DNA of 64,000 nt from Burkholderiaceae bacterium (GCA_049423145.1 JBMSQF010000001.1:27171-91170), one strand, 5' to 3'. Counted from the first letter of the stretch, positions 20,032 to 30,572 are shown. Numbers and translations are program-made. The notes: a model not told the origin generated them from the sequence alone.

Positions 20032-20938
20032 AGCCGCGGGCGCGCTGGGCAAGCCCTCGGCCAGTGTGTCGCCCTGGCAGGAGTCCTGGCGCCGCTTCAA
20101 GCGCCATCGCTTGGCCTACTGGAGCCTGTGGCTCTTGGGCTTGATGGTGATCGCCGTGTTGCTCGGCCCGTTCGTGTGGAAGCTGGGCATCAACGATGTG
20201 GACCTGCTGGCCAGCCTGTCCAAGCCCAGCCTGAAGCATCCGCTGGGCACCGACGACTTGGGTCGGGATCTCCTGGCGCGTTTGCTGTATGGCGGGCGCA
20301 TCAGCCTGGCGGTGGGGCTGGCGGCCATGCTCACGGCGGTACTGGTGGGCGTCTTCATTGGCGCCCTGGCCGGCATCTCGCGCGGTTGGGTGGACGCCGC
20401 GCTGATGTGGCTCACCGACCTCTTCCTGAGCCTGCCGCAGTTGCCCGTACTCCTGCTGCTCATCTTCCTGTTTCGCGAGCCCCTGAAACAGACCTTTGGC
20501 CTGGAGTTGGGCATCTTCATCCTCATCGTGGCCGTCATCGGCGGGTTTCGCTGGATGCCGGTGGCGCGTCTCGTGCGAGCGCAGTTTTTCAGCCTGCGAG
20601 AAAAGGAATTCGTGGAGGCTGCGCGTGCCCTGGGTGCGTCCACGCCGCGCCAGGTGACGCGTCACATCCTGCCCAACAGCCTAGGCCCCGTGATCGTGGC
20701 GGCCACCATCGATGTGGCCGCAGCCATCATCGCGGAGAGCACCCTGTCCTTCCTCGGCCTGGGCTTTCCACCCGACATCCCCACCTGGGGCCGCATCCTC
20801 TACGACGGGCGTGATTACCTGGACATCGCCATGCACTGGGCCCTGTTCCCGGGCATCGCCATCTTCATCACGGTACTGACCATCAACTTCATCGGCGATG
20901 GCCTGCGTGATGCGCTGGACCCCCGCCGTGTGCTCTGA
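19997..20938 (+). CDS. ABC transporter permease (DppC/OppC type)
   Basis: 'SPWQESWRRFKRHRLA' N-terminus and 'HPLGTDDLGRDLLARLLYGGRISL' block. The ATG at 19997 overlaps the upstream gene, so the start is uncertain. Confidence 0.85.
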   Translation: MAGLTPESATAEAAGALGKPSASVSPWQESWRRFKRHRLAYWSLWLLGLMVIAVLLGPFVWKLGINDVDLLASLSKPSLKHPLGTDDLGRDLLARLLYGGRISLAVGLAAMLTAVLVGVFIGALAGISRGWVDAALMWLTDLFLSLPQLPVLLLLIFLFREPLKQTFGLELGIFILIVAVIGGFRWMPVARLVRAQFFSLREKEFVEAARALGASTPRQVTRHILPNSLGPVIVAATIDVAAAIIAESTLSFLGLGFPPDIPTWGRILYDGRDYLDIAMHWALFPGIAIFITVLTINFIGDGLRDALDPRRVL

Positions 20939-20944
20939 GGCCCC

Positions 20945-21939
20945 ATGACCGCGCCGCTGCTCGAGATCCAGGGACTGAAGACCCACTTCGCCACCGACGA
21001 TGGCTGGCTGCATGCCGTGGACGGGGTGGACCTCGCGCTGCATGCGGGTGAGACGGTTTGTGTGGTGGGTGAATCGGGCTGTGGCAAGAGCGTCACCGCC
21101 CGCACGGTGATGAAGCTCATCGACATGCCGCCAGGGCGCATCGTGGCCGGCCGCATCCTGTGGAAGGGCCGCGACCTCGTGCCCTTGGCCCCCCGCGAGA
21201 TGCAGGCCATTCGGGCCCGCGAAATCGCGATGATCTTCCAGGAGCCCATGACCAGCCTGAACCCCGTGTTCACGGTGGGGGACCAGATCGGCGAGAGCCT
21301 GCGCCTGCATGAGGGGCTGAGCCGGCGGGAGGCGCGTGATCGGGCCATCGAACTGTTGCGCTTGGTGCGCATTCCTACGCCGGACAAGCGGGTGCGCGAC
21401 TACCCGCACCAGTTCTCGGGCGGTATGCGCCAGCGCGTGATGATTGCCATGGCCCTGGCCTGCAAGCCGCAGTTGCTGATCGCCGACGAGCCGACCACGG
21501 CGCTGGACGTGACCATTCAGGCGCAGATTCTGGAACTGCTGGCCGAGCTCAAGGCCGAAATGGGCATGGCCATCCTGCTCATCACCCATGCGATGGGCGT
21601 GGTGGCCGAAGTGGCGCAGCGGGTGGTGGTGATGTATGCCGGACAGGTGGTGGAAGAGGCGCCCGTGGCTGAACTCTTTGCGCGCCCCCGCCATCCCTAC
21701 ACCCGGGGGCTCATCCGCTCGATTCCTCGCTTGGGCGCATCGACGGTGCAGAAGACCAGGCTCGAGGCCATCCCAGGGACCGTGCCCAAGTTGATCGAGC
21801 CGGGCCCGGGTTGCCGTTTCGCCTCTCGCTGCCGCCACGCGCAGGCCGCCTGCCTTTCGGCCACGCCGGTGCTGCGGGAAGCGACCCCGGGCCACCGGGT
21901 GGCCTGTGCGCTGGATGCGGTGGTGATGGAGCCCACTGC

Positions 21940-21943
<4 letters not shown>
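20945..21943 (+). CDS. ABC transporter ATP-binding protein (DppD/OppD type)
   Basis: Walker A 'GESGCGKS', signature 'FSGGMRQR', Walker B '[12 protein letters not shown]'. Confidence 0.9.
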
Positions 21944-22941
<998 letters not shown>

Positions 22942-22966
22942 GGTAGGGGTCTTTGGGGGAAGGGTT

Positions 22967-23042
22967 TGGCGCGGCTGGCGGGGATCGAACCCACGACCCT
23001 TGGCTTCGGAGGCCAATACTCTATCCACTGAGCTACAGCCGC
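22967..23042 (-). tRNA. tRNA-Arg (anticodon CCG)
   Basis: The reverse complement reads GCGGCTG-TAGCTCAGTGGATAGAG...TTGGC-CTCCGAA-GCCAA...GTGGGTTCGATCCCCGC-CAGCCGC-G-CCA. It forms a full cloverleaf with a 7-bp acceptor stem, T-loop TTCGATC and an encoded CCA. Confidence 0.9.
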
Positions 23043-23223
23043 ATTCAAGGACCGAACGATTCTACCGCGGGCGTTCCTGCAGACACCCCATGCACCAGCC
23101 GCAAGGCCGACGCAAGGTGCGCGGCTTCTATAATCAAAGGCTTTGCATGACCGGCCTTGGGGCTCTTACCCCAGCCCCTCTGCCCGCATCACCCCCAAAG
23201 TTCCACCGAAGTTGAGGACCGCG

Positions 23224-23769
23224 ATGAGCCACCACGACCACCACGATCACGCTGCCGACGGCCACGACATGCCGCACGAAGGCCCGATCAAGACGCCCAA
23301 GCAGCTGATGGCTGCGGTGGTGGCTTCCTTTGTCGTTCCCATCATCGCCATCATCCTCCTGGTGAACTATGTGGCCACTCAGCCCAAGGATGGCGCCGGC
23401 ACCGCGGTGTTGGATGCGCAGGCGGTGGCCGCGCGCATCGCACCAGTGGGCAAGGTTGAAGTGCGCGATGCCAGCAACCCGGCCACGCTGAAGACGGGTG
23501 AGCAGGTGTACGCTGCGCAGTGCGCGGCTTGTCACACTTCGGGCGCGGCGGGCGCGCCCAAGTTGGGTGATGCCGCTGCTTGGAGCAAGCGCATCAAGGA
23601 AGGGTACGAATACCTGTGGGAGTCGGCCCTCAAGGGCAAGGGTGCGATGGGCGCGCAGGGCGGCGGTGACTACAGCGACTTCGAAATCGGTCGGGCGGTG
23701 GTCTACATGGCCAACCAGTCCGGCGCCAAGTTTGCAGAACCCAAGGCACCGGAGGCGGCTGCCAAGTAA
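23224..23769 (+). CDS. Membrane-anchored c-type cytochrome (cytochrome c5-like) with His-rich N-terminal tail
   Basis: 'MSHHDHHDHAADGHDMPH' tail, one TM helix ('LMAAVVASFVVPIIAIILLV'), heme motif 'CAACH' and distal 'GAMGAQGG' Met region. Confidence 0.85.
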   Translation: MSHHDHHDHAADGHDMPHEGPIKTPKQLMAAVVASFVVPIIAIILLVNYVATQPKDGAGTAVLDAQAVAARIAPVGKVEVRDASNPATLKTGEQVYAAQCAACHTSGAAGAPKLGDAAAWSKRIKEGYEYLWESALKGKGAMGAQGGGDYSDFEIGRAVVYMANQSGAKFAEPKAPEAAAK

Positions 23770-23832
23770 GCGCTCGGCACACCCGCCTCGATGCCGATCG
23801 AGCGCCCCGGTGGGCGCTGATCGTCCCCACCA

Positions 23833-23852
23833 ACGGCCGCTCTCGCGGCCGT
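23833..23852. terminator. GC-rich hairpin ACGGCCGC-TCTC-GCGGCCGT between convergent genes (candidate terminator)
   Basis: 8-bp perfect stem read directly, followed by TTT. A second hairpin AGCGCCC-CGGT-GGGCGCT lies at 23801-23818. The T-tract is weak. Confidence 0.4.
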
Positions 23853-23853
23853 T

Positions 23854-24405
23854 TCAGTTGCGGCCCGGCCGCAAGACGAACCCCCACCGGCGCGGCAGGT
23901 CCGCCGCTTGGACGGACACCGGTTCGCCCACGCTTCTGCCGGGGCTCAGTACCCAATCCCCGGCCTCCAGCGCCTGCGCTGCAGCCGCCACATCCAGGCT
24001 GTGCACCAGGCCGGGGCCGATGTCGGTGGTGAGGAACAGCCGCCCCTGCTCATCCAGCCAGGCGCCCTGCACCAGCGCGGGATGGCCCGTGTGGCTGTAC
24101 ACCGGGTGGCCTGGGGTGTCCATCACGCGCCATACCCAGGGGGTGACCTCCAGGGTGACATACACGCGCTGAGGCCCGTTCTGAAAGAACCACGCCCCTT
24201 GCGCATCGCACTCATAGTTGCGGTGGATGAAGTCGCGCAACTTCTCGTGCTCGATTCGGCTGCCCTTGACCAGCGGAAACGGCCCCGCCGCCTGGGTGCG
24301 CTCGTCACGCATCCACCACTGCCCGCGCGCATCCAGGCCCAGCCAGTCGTAGCAGGCCGGCACATTGGGCCACTTTCTGAGCGCAGCTTTGACGAGGTCG
24401 TCCAT
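23854..24405 (-). CDS. Conserved hypothetical protein (proteobacterial DUF; family name not recalled)
   Basis: 'WPNVPACYDWLGLDARGQWWMRDE...FIHRNYECDAQGAWFFQNGPQRVYVTLEVTPWVWRV' resembles a widespread uncharacterised family. ATG at 24405, or GTG at 24411. Confidence 0.6.
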   Translation of the reverse strand: MDDLVKAALRKWPNVPACYDWLGLDARGQWWMRDERTQAAGPFPLVKGSRIEHEKLRDFIHRNYECDAQGAWFFQNGPQRVYVTLEVTPWVWRVMDTPGHPVYSHTGHPALVQGAWLDEQGRLFLTTDIGPGLVHSLDVAAAAQALEAGDWVLSPGRSVGEPVSVQAADLPRRWGFVLRPGRN

Positions 24406-24438
24406 GGGCACGAAATAGTTAAACGACGGCTCAATGAT

Positions 24439-25410
24439 TCAAGGGCTGAGCCAATCCGCCACCGCCTGTGGCATGGCCAGCACATGGCCTGGCGGGCCGC
24501 CGCTCGGGAAACCCACATGCCCGCCGTGCGCAGGTTGCCACAGTTCCACGAAAGGGCCGACCTCGCCCGGCCGCGGAAGTGAGCAGGCCGGGATGAAGGG
24601 ATCGTTCAAGGCATTGAGTGCCAGTGCAGGAATGCGGATGCGGTGCAGATCCGGCTGGGCCGAGGCACGGGTCCAGTAGTCGTCGGTATCCTTGAAGCCG
24701 TGCAGAGGTCCGGTGAACACGTCGTCGAATTCCCGCAGATTGCGAGCAGCCATGAGGCGGTCACGATCGAACAGACCGGGGTGCTGGGCCCACTTGGCCA
24801 GTGCGCGCGGCTTCATGGTGCGCAGAAACATGCGCGTGTAGACCTGACGGTTCAAGCCCCGCCCAATCGCCTCTCCCGAGGCCATGAGGTCCAGTGGGGA
24901 GCACACACAGGACACGGCCGATGCCACCGACGCGGCGGTTTCGCCCGCTTCCTCGGCCCAACGCATCAGGGCATTGCCCCCTAGGGAAATGCCCACCGCC
25001 CTCAAGGGCGCTGCGGCGCGCGCACGCATGCGCGCCAGGATCCATCCGATCTCTTCGAAATCGCCCGAGTGGTAGGCCCGTGGCGCGAGGTTTATTTCGC
25101 CTGAACACCCACGAAAGTGCGGCACCGCGTAATTCCAGCCGCGTTGACGGGCCACGTCGGCAAAGGCCAGTGCATAGGCGCTGCCGGAACTGCCTTCCAG
25201 ACCGTGGAACAGAACAAGCCATGGCGCCTGCGTGGCCTCCATCCCATCGGCCCCAGCCCCTTGGATATCGACGTCGATGAAGTCCCCGTCGGGCGTGGTC
25301 CAGCGCTCGCGGCGGTACAGGGCCGCGCGACCGCGATGACTCAAGAGCGCGGACCAGATGGTTTGGGCGTGGCCACCAGGCAGCCACACGGGTGCGCGGT
25401 AATGTCTCAA
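24439..25410 (-). CDS. YheT-like alpha/beta-fold hydrolase
   Basis: 'WLPGGHAQTIW', 'LFHGLEGSS' and nucleophile elbow 'GISLGGN'. There is no ATG in the right place. The proposed TTG at 25410 overlaps the upstream stop (TTGA). Confidence 0.75.
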   Translation of the reverse strand: MRHYRAPVWLPGGHAQTIWSALLSHRGRAALYRRERWTTPDGDFIDVDIQGAGADGMEATQAPWLVLFHGLEGSSGSAYALAFADVARQRGWNYAVPHFRGCSGEINLAPRAYHSGDFEEIGWILARMRARAAAPLRAVGISLGGNALMRWAEEAGETAASVASAVSCVCSPLDLMASGEAIGRGLNRQVYTRMFLRTMKPRALAKWAQHPGLFDRDRLMAARNLREFDDVFTGPLHGFKDTDDYWTRASAQPDLHRIRIPALALNALNDPFIPACSLPRPGEVGPFVELWQPAHGGHVGFPSGGPPGHVLAMPQAVADWLSP

Positions 25411-25856
25411 TGCAGAACCGAAGGCGCTTCCGTCACTTCCTGCAATTCCCGGGGAGAGCCCGGGCTGGCGTGATGGGCGACGAGACGCCATCCGTGGTCG
25501 GTCTTGATGTAGACATTGGTGGCGATCACCCAGGCCGTCTGCGGGCCCTCGTCGGTGCTGATGTCCACACGCTCCAGCACGTTGTGCACCGCACAGTGCC
25601 CGGTATTGACCGCCCGGATCTTTTCGGGATGCACGGTGATGGGGCCGTTGGCGAAGATGGAATCGAACGTGGCCCGAATGGCCGCAGCCCCCACGATGCG
25701 CGGCCCACCGGGGTGGACGCAAACGATGTCCTCATCGTCGCCCCAGACGGCCATCAGGGCTTCGATGTCCCCGCGCTGAAGGGCCTCGTAGAACTGCGCC
25801 TCGATGTCCTGGGGCGTGGACATCAGCGAAGCGGTGCGGGGCTTGTTGGGCGTCAT
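25407..25856 (-). CDS. NTF2/SnoaL-like (DUF4440-type) protein
   Basis: 'IEAQFYEALQRGDIEALMAVWGDDEDIVCVHPGGP...W..ATNVY.KTDHGWRLVAHHASP' is the pattern of SnoaL-like folds. An alternative ATG lies at 25823. Confidence 0.65.
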   Translation of the reverse strand: MTPNKPRTASLMSTPQDIEAQFYEALQRGDIEALMAVWGDDEDIVCVHPGGPRIVGAAAIRATFDSIFANGPITVHPEKIRAVNTGHCAVHNVLERVDISTDEGPQTAWVIATNVYIKTDHGWRLVAHHASPGSPRELQEVTEAPSVLH

Positions 25857-25860
25857 GGCG

Positions 25861-26760
25861 TCAACGGAAGACCACGGTCTTGTGGCCATTCACCAGCACG
25901 CGGTGCTCCACATGCCAACGCACGGCACGGGCCAGGACCACGCACTCCACATCTCGCCCCACCGCCGTCAGATCTTCGGCTGAAAGCGAATGGTCCACGC
26001 GTTCTACATCCTGCTCGATGATGGGGCCCTCATCGAGGTCGGCTGTCACATAGTGGGCGGTGGCTCCAATGAGCTTCACCCCGCGGGCGTGCGCCTGGTA
26101 ATAGGGCTTGGCGCCCTTGAAGCTCGGCAGGAAACTGTGGTGGATGTTGATGGCACGCCCCTTGAGGGCTAGGCAGAACTCGGGCGACAGGATCTGCATG
26201 TAACGCGCGAGCACGACGAGATCGATGCGCTCGCGCTCGATGAGCGCTTCGATGTGCCGCTCCTGTTCACGCTTGGCCGCGGCACTGCTGCCCGCAGCCA
26301 GTGGCAGGTGGTGGAAGGCAATGCCGTAGCTGGCGGCCAGGTCGGCGAAGTCGGGGTGATTGGACACGATGGCCGGAATGTCGACGGCCAACTGACCGCT
26401 TTTCCAGCGAAACAGCAAGTCGTTGAGACAGTGACCATGCTTGCTGACGAGCAAAAGCAAGCGTGAGCGCTCACCAACCGGGTGGAAGGCGGCCTCCATC
26501 TGAAACCGATCGCGCACGGGGCGGAACCGCTGTTTGAGCGTCTCCACCTGGGCCCAATCGGCCGGCGCTTCGAAGTGCACCCGCATGAAGAACAGGCCGG
26601 TGGCGTCCTCGCCGTGGACATCACCGAACTGTTGGGAATGGAGGATGTTGCAGCCAGCTTGGGTCAGCACGCCCGAGACCCCGTGCACGATGCCCTGGGT
26701 GTCCCGGCATGACAGGGTGAGGACGAATTCCCGGGGGCGAAGGGCCACGGATGCGGACAT
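25861..26760 (-). CDS. purU: Formyltetrahydrofolate deformylase
   Basis: N-terminal ACT domain ('LTLSCRDTQGIVHGVSGVL') plus a formyltransferase core ('INIHHSFLPSFKGAKPYYQAHARGVKLIGATAHYVT.DLDEGPII'). Confidence 0.92.
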   Translation of the reverse strand: MSASVALRPREFVLTLSCRDTQGIVHGVSGVLTQAGCNILHSQQFGDVHGEDATGLFFMRVHFEAPADWAQVETLKQRFRPVRDRFQMEAAFHPVGERSRLLLLVSKHGHCLNDLLFRWKSGQLAVDIPAIVSNHPDFADLAASYGIAFHHLPLAAGSSAAAKREQERHIEALIERERIDLVVLARYMQILSPEFCLALKGRAINIHHSFLPSFKGAKPYYQAHARGVKLIGATAHYVTADLDEGPIIEQDVERVDHSLSAEDLTAVGRDVECVVLARAVRWHVEHRVLVNGHKTVVFR

Positions 26761-26793
26761 CAAAGAATTGTAGAGACGCTCCGCGGATGCACT

Positions 26794-27003
26794 TCAGTGC
26801 CCGTGCGCGACGCGCTCGCCTGCCTTGAGCCGGTATTCCGTGCCGCAATACGGGCACTTGCCCTGACCTTCATGGCTGAGGTCGATGAACACCTTGGGGT
26901 GGTTGCTCCACAGGGGCATGCGAGGGTTGGGACAGAACACGACGCCGGGCCCTTGGAGTTCGGCGGCCGTGACCTCCACCACAGACTTCGATTCGCGGGA
27001 CAT
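26794..27003 (-). CDS. Zinc-finger (CHCC-type) domain protein, about 69 aa
   Basis: 'VFCPNP...HPKVFIDL...GKCPYCGTEY' matches the zf-CHCC pattern. It begins 2 nt after the ilvE stop. Confidence 0.7.
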   Translation of the reverse strand: MSRESKSVVEVTAAELQGPGVVFCPNPRMPLWSNHPKVFIDLSHEGQGKCPYCGTEYRLKAGERVAHGH

Positions 27004-27005
27004 GC

Positions 27006-27929
27006 TCACACCTGGGTCAGCCAGTGGGCGTACTGCTCATTGCGCCCGTTGACGATGTCGAAAAAGGCACTCTGAATTTTCTCGGTGATGGGGCCGCGGC
27101 TTCCGATGCCGATCTCGATGCGGTCGAGTTCACGGATCGGCGTGACTTCAGCGGCCGTGCCGGTGAAGAAGGCTTCGTCCGCGATGTACACCTCGTCGCG
27201 GGTGATGCGCTTTTGCACGATGTCCAGGCCCAGGTCCTTGGCAATGTGAAACACGGTGTTGCGGGTGATGCCATTGAGTGCACCGGCCGACAGGTCCGGC
27301 GTGTAGATCACGCCCCCCTTGATGACGAAGAGGTTTTCACCCGCGCCCTCGCTGACGAAGCCGGCGGAATCGAGCAGCAGGGCTTCGTCGTAGCCTTCAT
27401 CCGTGGCTTCCATATTGGCCAGGATGGAGTTGGTGTAGTTGCTCACCGCCTTGGCCTGCGTCATGGTGATGTTCACATGGTGCCGGGTGTAGCTGCTGGT
27501 CTTGACGCGGATGCCGCGCTTGAGTCCCTCTTCGCCAAGGTAGGCCCCCCAGGCCCAAGCGGCCACCATCAGGTGGATCTTGTTGCCCTTGGGGGACACC
27601 CCCAGCTTTTCGCTGCCGATCCAGGTCAGCGGGCGCAGGTAGCAACTCTCGAGCTTGTTTTCACGCACCACCTGCTTCTGGGCTTCCTCCACTTGCTCAA
27701 TGGTGAAGGGGATCTTCATGCGCAGGATCTTGGCGCTGTTGAACAGGCGCTCGGTGTGTTCGCGCAGACGGAAGATGGCCGTGCCCTTGACGGTGTTGTA
27801 GGCGCGAACGCCCTCGAAGGCCCCGCAGCCGTAGTGCAGGGTGTGGGTGAGGACGTGGATCTTGGCGTCGCGCCAATCGACCAACTGGCCGTCCATCCAG
27901 ATCTTGCCGTCGCGGTCGTCCATGCCCAT
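27006..27929 (-). CDS. ilvE: Branched-chain amino acid aminotransferase
   Basis: 'IWMDGQLVDWRDAKIHVLTHTLHYGCGAFEGVRAY', 'YLRPL' and 'EGAGENLF' class IV aminotransferase blocks. Confidence 0.93.
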   Translation of the reverse strand: MGMDDRDGKIWMDGQLVDWRDAKIHVLTHTLHYGCGAFEGVRAYNTVKGTAIFRLREHTERLFNSAKILRMKIPFTIEQVEEAQKQVVRENKLESCYLRPLTWIGSEKLGVSPKGNKIHLMVAAWAWGAYLGEEGLKRGIRVKTSSYTRHHVNITMTQAKAVSNYTNSILANMEATDEGYDEALLLDSAGFVSEGAGENLFVIKGGVIYTPDLSAGALNGITRNTVFHIAKDLGLDIVQKRITRDEVYIADEAFFTGTAAEVTPIRELDRIEIGIGSRGPITEKIQSAFFDIVNGRNEQYAHWLTQV

Positions 27930-27939
27930 GGTCTGTCCC

Positions 27940-28401
27940 TCAATTCGGTATCAAACCTTCCATTTTAGGGGCAGGGTCGCTGGGGCCTTCAGCGGGCGCA
28001 CGCACCAGGGCCGCCCCGACGCAGCGCCCGCGTACGAAGTCAACGACCAGGCCATCCCCGCCGCTATCCCGCCACTCCCAACTTTCCTGCGCGCCCGGGC
28101 TGGGGTGGGGCAGTCGCTTGCCCAGACTCCGGGTTTCGCGCAGCACCTGCAGCATCTTCATGCCCTGATGGATTCGCGTGTGTGCCATGAAGGCACTGTC
28201 CACCAGGCCGGCGGGGCGTGTGGCGGCGGCCCGCATCACCCGCAGGGCTCGGCTGAACTGCAGGAGCAGCCAGAAGACGATGATGGTGAAGGCCAGGAAC
28301 ACGCCGGGCCAGCCGTATTGCGTGTAGCCCACGGCGATGGCGGCCACGGCCAAACCCCAGCTCACCAGGGAGGAGGCGCGGTGCGAGAACGAATGGGTCA
28401 T
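27940..28401 (-). CDS. Hypothetical membrane protein (2 predicted TM helices)
   Basis: In-frame ATG in track ORF 27940..28521. Hydrophobic 'LVSWGLAVAAIAVGY...GVFLAFTIIVFWLLL'. No family recognised. Confidence 0.5.
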   Translation of the reverse strand: MTHSFSHRASSLVSWGLAVAAIAVGYTQYGWPGVFLAFTIIVFWLLLQFSRALRVMRAAATRPAGLVDSAFMAHTRIHQGMKMLQVLRETRSLGKRLPHPSPGAQESWEWRDSGGDGLVVDFVRGRCVGAALVRAPAEGPSDPAPKMEGLIPN

Positions 28402-28431
28402 GGGGCAGATGTTAGCGAGGGGGGCGGCACA

Positions 28432-29190
28432 ATGCGCGGCGTGAAGCGTTTGCACACCTGGGTCATCAACCTCGACCGCGCGCCGCAGCGTCTGGCGCGC
28501 ATTGGGCCGCGGCTCGATCAACTGGGGCTGGCCTGGACGCGATTCTCGGCGGTGGAGGGGCGGCTGTTGTCCGAGGCCGAGCAGGCAGCAACCCTGGACC
28601 AGCCGTCATTCGAGCAGCTGCACGGGATGACGCCCTCCCTGGGCGAGTTGGGCTGCTACCTGTCGCATGTGGGCCTGATGCAGGTCTTTTTGCAGACGCC
28701 GCATGAGTTTGCGTTGATCCTGGAAGACGATGTCTGGCCCACGGCAGCCCTGCCCGAGGTGCTGGAGCACTTGATGGCTGCGGCGCCTCGCTGGGACATG
28801 GTCAAGCTTTCGGCCATCCACAGCGGAACGCCGGTGGCGGTTCTGCCTGTCGGCCACGGGCATCAACTGGGCGTGATGTTCAGCCGCTGCACGGGTTCAT
28901 CGGCGTATGTGGTGAATCGGGCAGCCGCCCAACGCTATGTGCAGCAGTTGTTGCCGATGCAACTGCCCTACGACCACGCCTATGACCGCGGTTGGGTGTA
29001 TGGGCTGAAGGTGCGCCGCGTGTTCCCCGAGGTGTGTGCGCATGACGATCAGGTGGAGTCGACGATCGGCAACCCGGGCCCCTCGAGGAAGTTCCACTGG
29101 AGCCGGCGCTGGACCACGTATGGCCATCGGCTGAAGACCGAGCTCGCCCGCTTGGGTTACGGCGTGGTTCAGCTGCTCGTGCACCGCTGA
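28432..29190 (+). CDS. Glycosyltransferase family 25 (LPS/LOS biosynthesis type)
   Basis: 'WVINLDRAPQRL...F.AV.G', 'GELGCYLSH' and 'LILEDDV' GT25 blocks. In-frame ATG in track ORF 27841..29190. Confidence 0.8.
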   Translation: MRGVKRLHTWVINLDRAPQRLARIGPRLDQLGLAWTRFSAVEGRLLSEAEQAATLDQPSFEQLHGMTPSLGELGCYLSHVGLMQVFLQTPHEFALILEDDVWPTAALPEVLEHLMAAAPRWDMVKLSAIHSGTPVAVLPVGHGHQLGVMFSRCTGSSAYVVNRAAAQRYVQQLLPMQLPYDHAYDRGWVYGLKVRRVFPEVCAHDDQVESTIGNPGPSRKFHWSRRWTTYGHRLKTELARLGYGVVQLLVHR

Positions 29191-29210
29191 ACCCGCGCCC
29201 CGCGGGGGCC

Positions 29211-30572
29211 TTACAGCCCTCGGACCAGGCCCATGGCCTCCTCGATGCGGTCGACCCCGTGCACCGTGAGGCCCTCGATGGGCTTCTTGGGCAGATTGGC
29301 CCTGGGCACGATGGCCGTGGCAAAGCCCAGCTTGGCGGCCTCCTTCAGGCGCTCCTGGCCGCGCGGCGCGGGGCGCACTTCACCGGCGAGCCCCACTTCG
29401 CCGAAGGCAATGAAGCCTCGCGGCAAGGCCCGCGCACGCAGGCTGCTCTGGATGGCCAGCAACACGGAGAGATCAGCGGCCGGTTCGCTGATGCGCACGC
29501 CGCCCACGGCATTGACGAACACATCCTGGTCCATGCAGGCCACGCCCGCGTGACGGTGAAGCACCGCCAACAGCATGGCCAAACGGTCGCGCTCCAGGCC
29601 CACGGACAGTCGCCGGGGTGACGGCCCTCCGCTGTCCACCAAGGCCTGGATTTCGACCAGCATCGGGCGCGTGCCTTCCAGCGTCACCAGCACGCAGGAG
29701 CCGGGCACCGGGGCTTCGTGCGTGGACAGGAAGATGGCACTGGGGTTGGTCACACCTTTGAGGCCCTTTTCCGTCATGGCAAACACACCGATCTCGTTGA
29801 CCGCACCGAAGCGGTTCTTGATGGCGCGAACCAGACGAAAACTGGAGTGCGTGTCACCCTCGAAATACAGCACGGTGTCGACGATGTGTTCCAGCACGCG
29901 GGGGCCGGCCAGGGCGCCTTCTTTGGTGACATGGCCCACCAATACGAGCGCACAACCGCTGGCTTTGGCCGTCCGCGTCAGGTGGGCGGCGCACTCCCGC
30001 ACCTGCGCCACCGAGCCCGGTGCGCTGCTGAGTTGCTCCGAGTACACGGTCTGGATGGAATCGATGATCACGAAAGCGGGCTGGTGCTCGGCGATCGTGG
30101 CCAGGATGCGCTCGAGCTGGATCTCGGCAAGCACCTGCACATTGGCCCCCGAAAGACCCAGGCGCTGTGCACGCAGGGCGACCTGGGCGCCAGATTCTTC
30201 ACCGGTGACGTACAGCACCTTCATGCGGCCACTGAGCGATTCGGCGGCCTGCAACAGCAGCGTGGACTTGCCGATACCGGGGTCTCCGCCGATCAGCGCC
30301 ACACCCCCGGGCACGATGCCGCCGCCCAGCACCCGGTCAAGTTCCTCCTGCCCGGTCGGGGTGCGCCGCACATCCTGCGCCTCGATATCCGCCAGGCGCG
30401 TCACGGGGGCGCTGCGCGCCAACGCTTCGAAGCGGTTCTTGCCGGTGCCGCCGCCGGCGGCAAGCGTTTCGCTCAGGGTGTTCCAGGCCTGGCAATGCGG
30501 GCATTGGCCCAGCCACTTGGGCGTGGTGCCCCCGCAGTCGCTGCAGGTGTAGAGGGTCTTGTCCTTGGCCAT
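29211..30572 (-). CDS. radA: DNA repair protein RadA
   Basis: Zn finger 'CSDCGGTTPKWLGQCPHC', Walker A 'GDPGIGKST', 'KNRFG' motif and a Lon-like C-terminal domain. Confidence 0.95.
   Translation of the reverse strand: MAKDKTLYTCSDCGGTTPKWLGQCPHCQAWNTLSETLAAGGGTGKNRFEALARSAPVTRLADIEAQDVRRTPTGQEELDRVLGGGIVPGGVALIGGDPGIGKSTLLLQAAESLSGRMKVLYVTGEESGAQVALRAQRLGLSGANVQVLAEIQLERILATIAEHQPAFVIIDSIQTVYSEQLSSAPGSVAQVRECAAHLTRTAKASGCALVLVGHVTKEGALAGPRVLEHIVDTVLYFEGDTHSSFRLVRAIKNRFGAVNEIGVFAMTEKGLKGVTNPSAIFLSTHEAPVPGSCVLVTLEGTRPMLVEIQALVDSGGPSPRRLSVGLERDRLAMLLAVLHRHAGVACMDQDVFVNAVGGVRISEPAADLSVLLAIQSSLRARALPRGFIAFGEVGLAGEVRPAPRGQERLKEAAKLGFATAIVPRANLPKKPIEGLTVHGVDRIEEAMGLVRGL

Noticed and set aside
22942-23223. 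tRNA-Arg(CCG) as an integration hotspot or genomic-island border.
   Set aside because: There is no integrase, no direct repeat of the tRNA 3' end, no compositional break that I can see, and housekeeping genes lie on both sides.
26761-26793. A ZTP (pfl) riboswitch upstream of purU.
   Set aside because: Only 33 nt separate purU from the upstream zf-CHCC gene, too short for the motif, and no GGGTCGTGA / CCGGGCGGA-like blocks were seen.
28402-28431. A 30-nt divergent intergenic region between the hypothetical membrane protein and the GT25 gene, as a compact bidirectional promoter.
   Set aside because: It more likely reflects uncertainty in one or both start codons (for example the GTG at 28441 for GT25). 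No -10/-35 elements are discernible.
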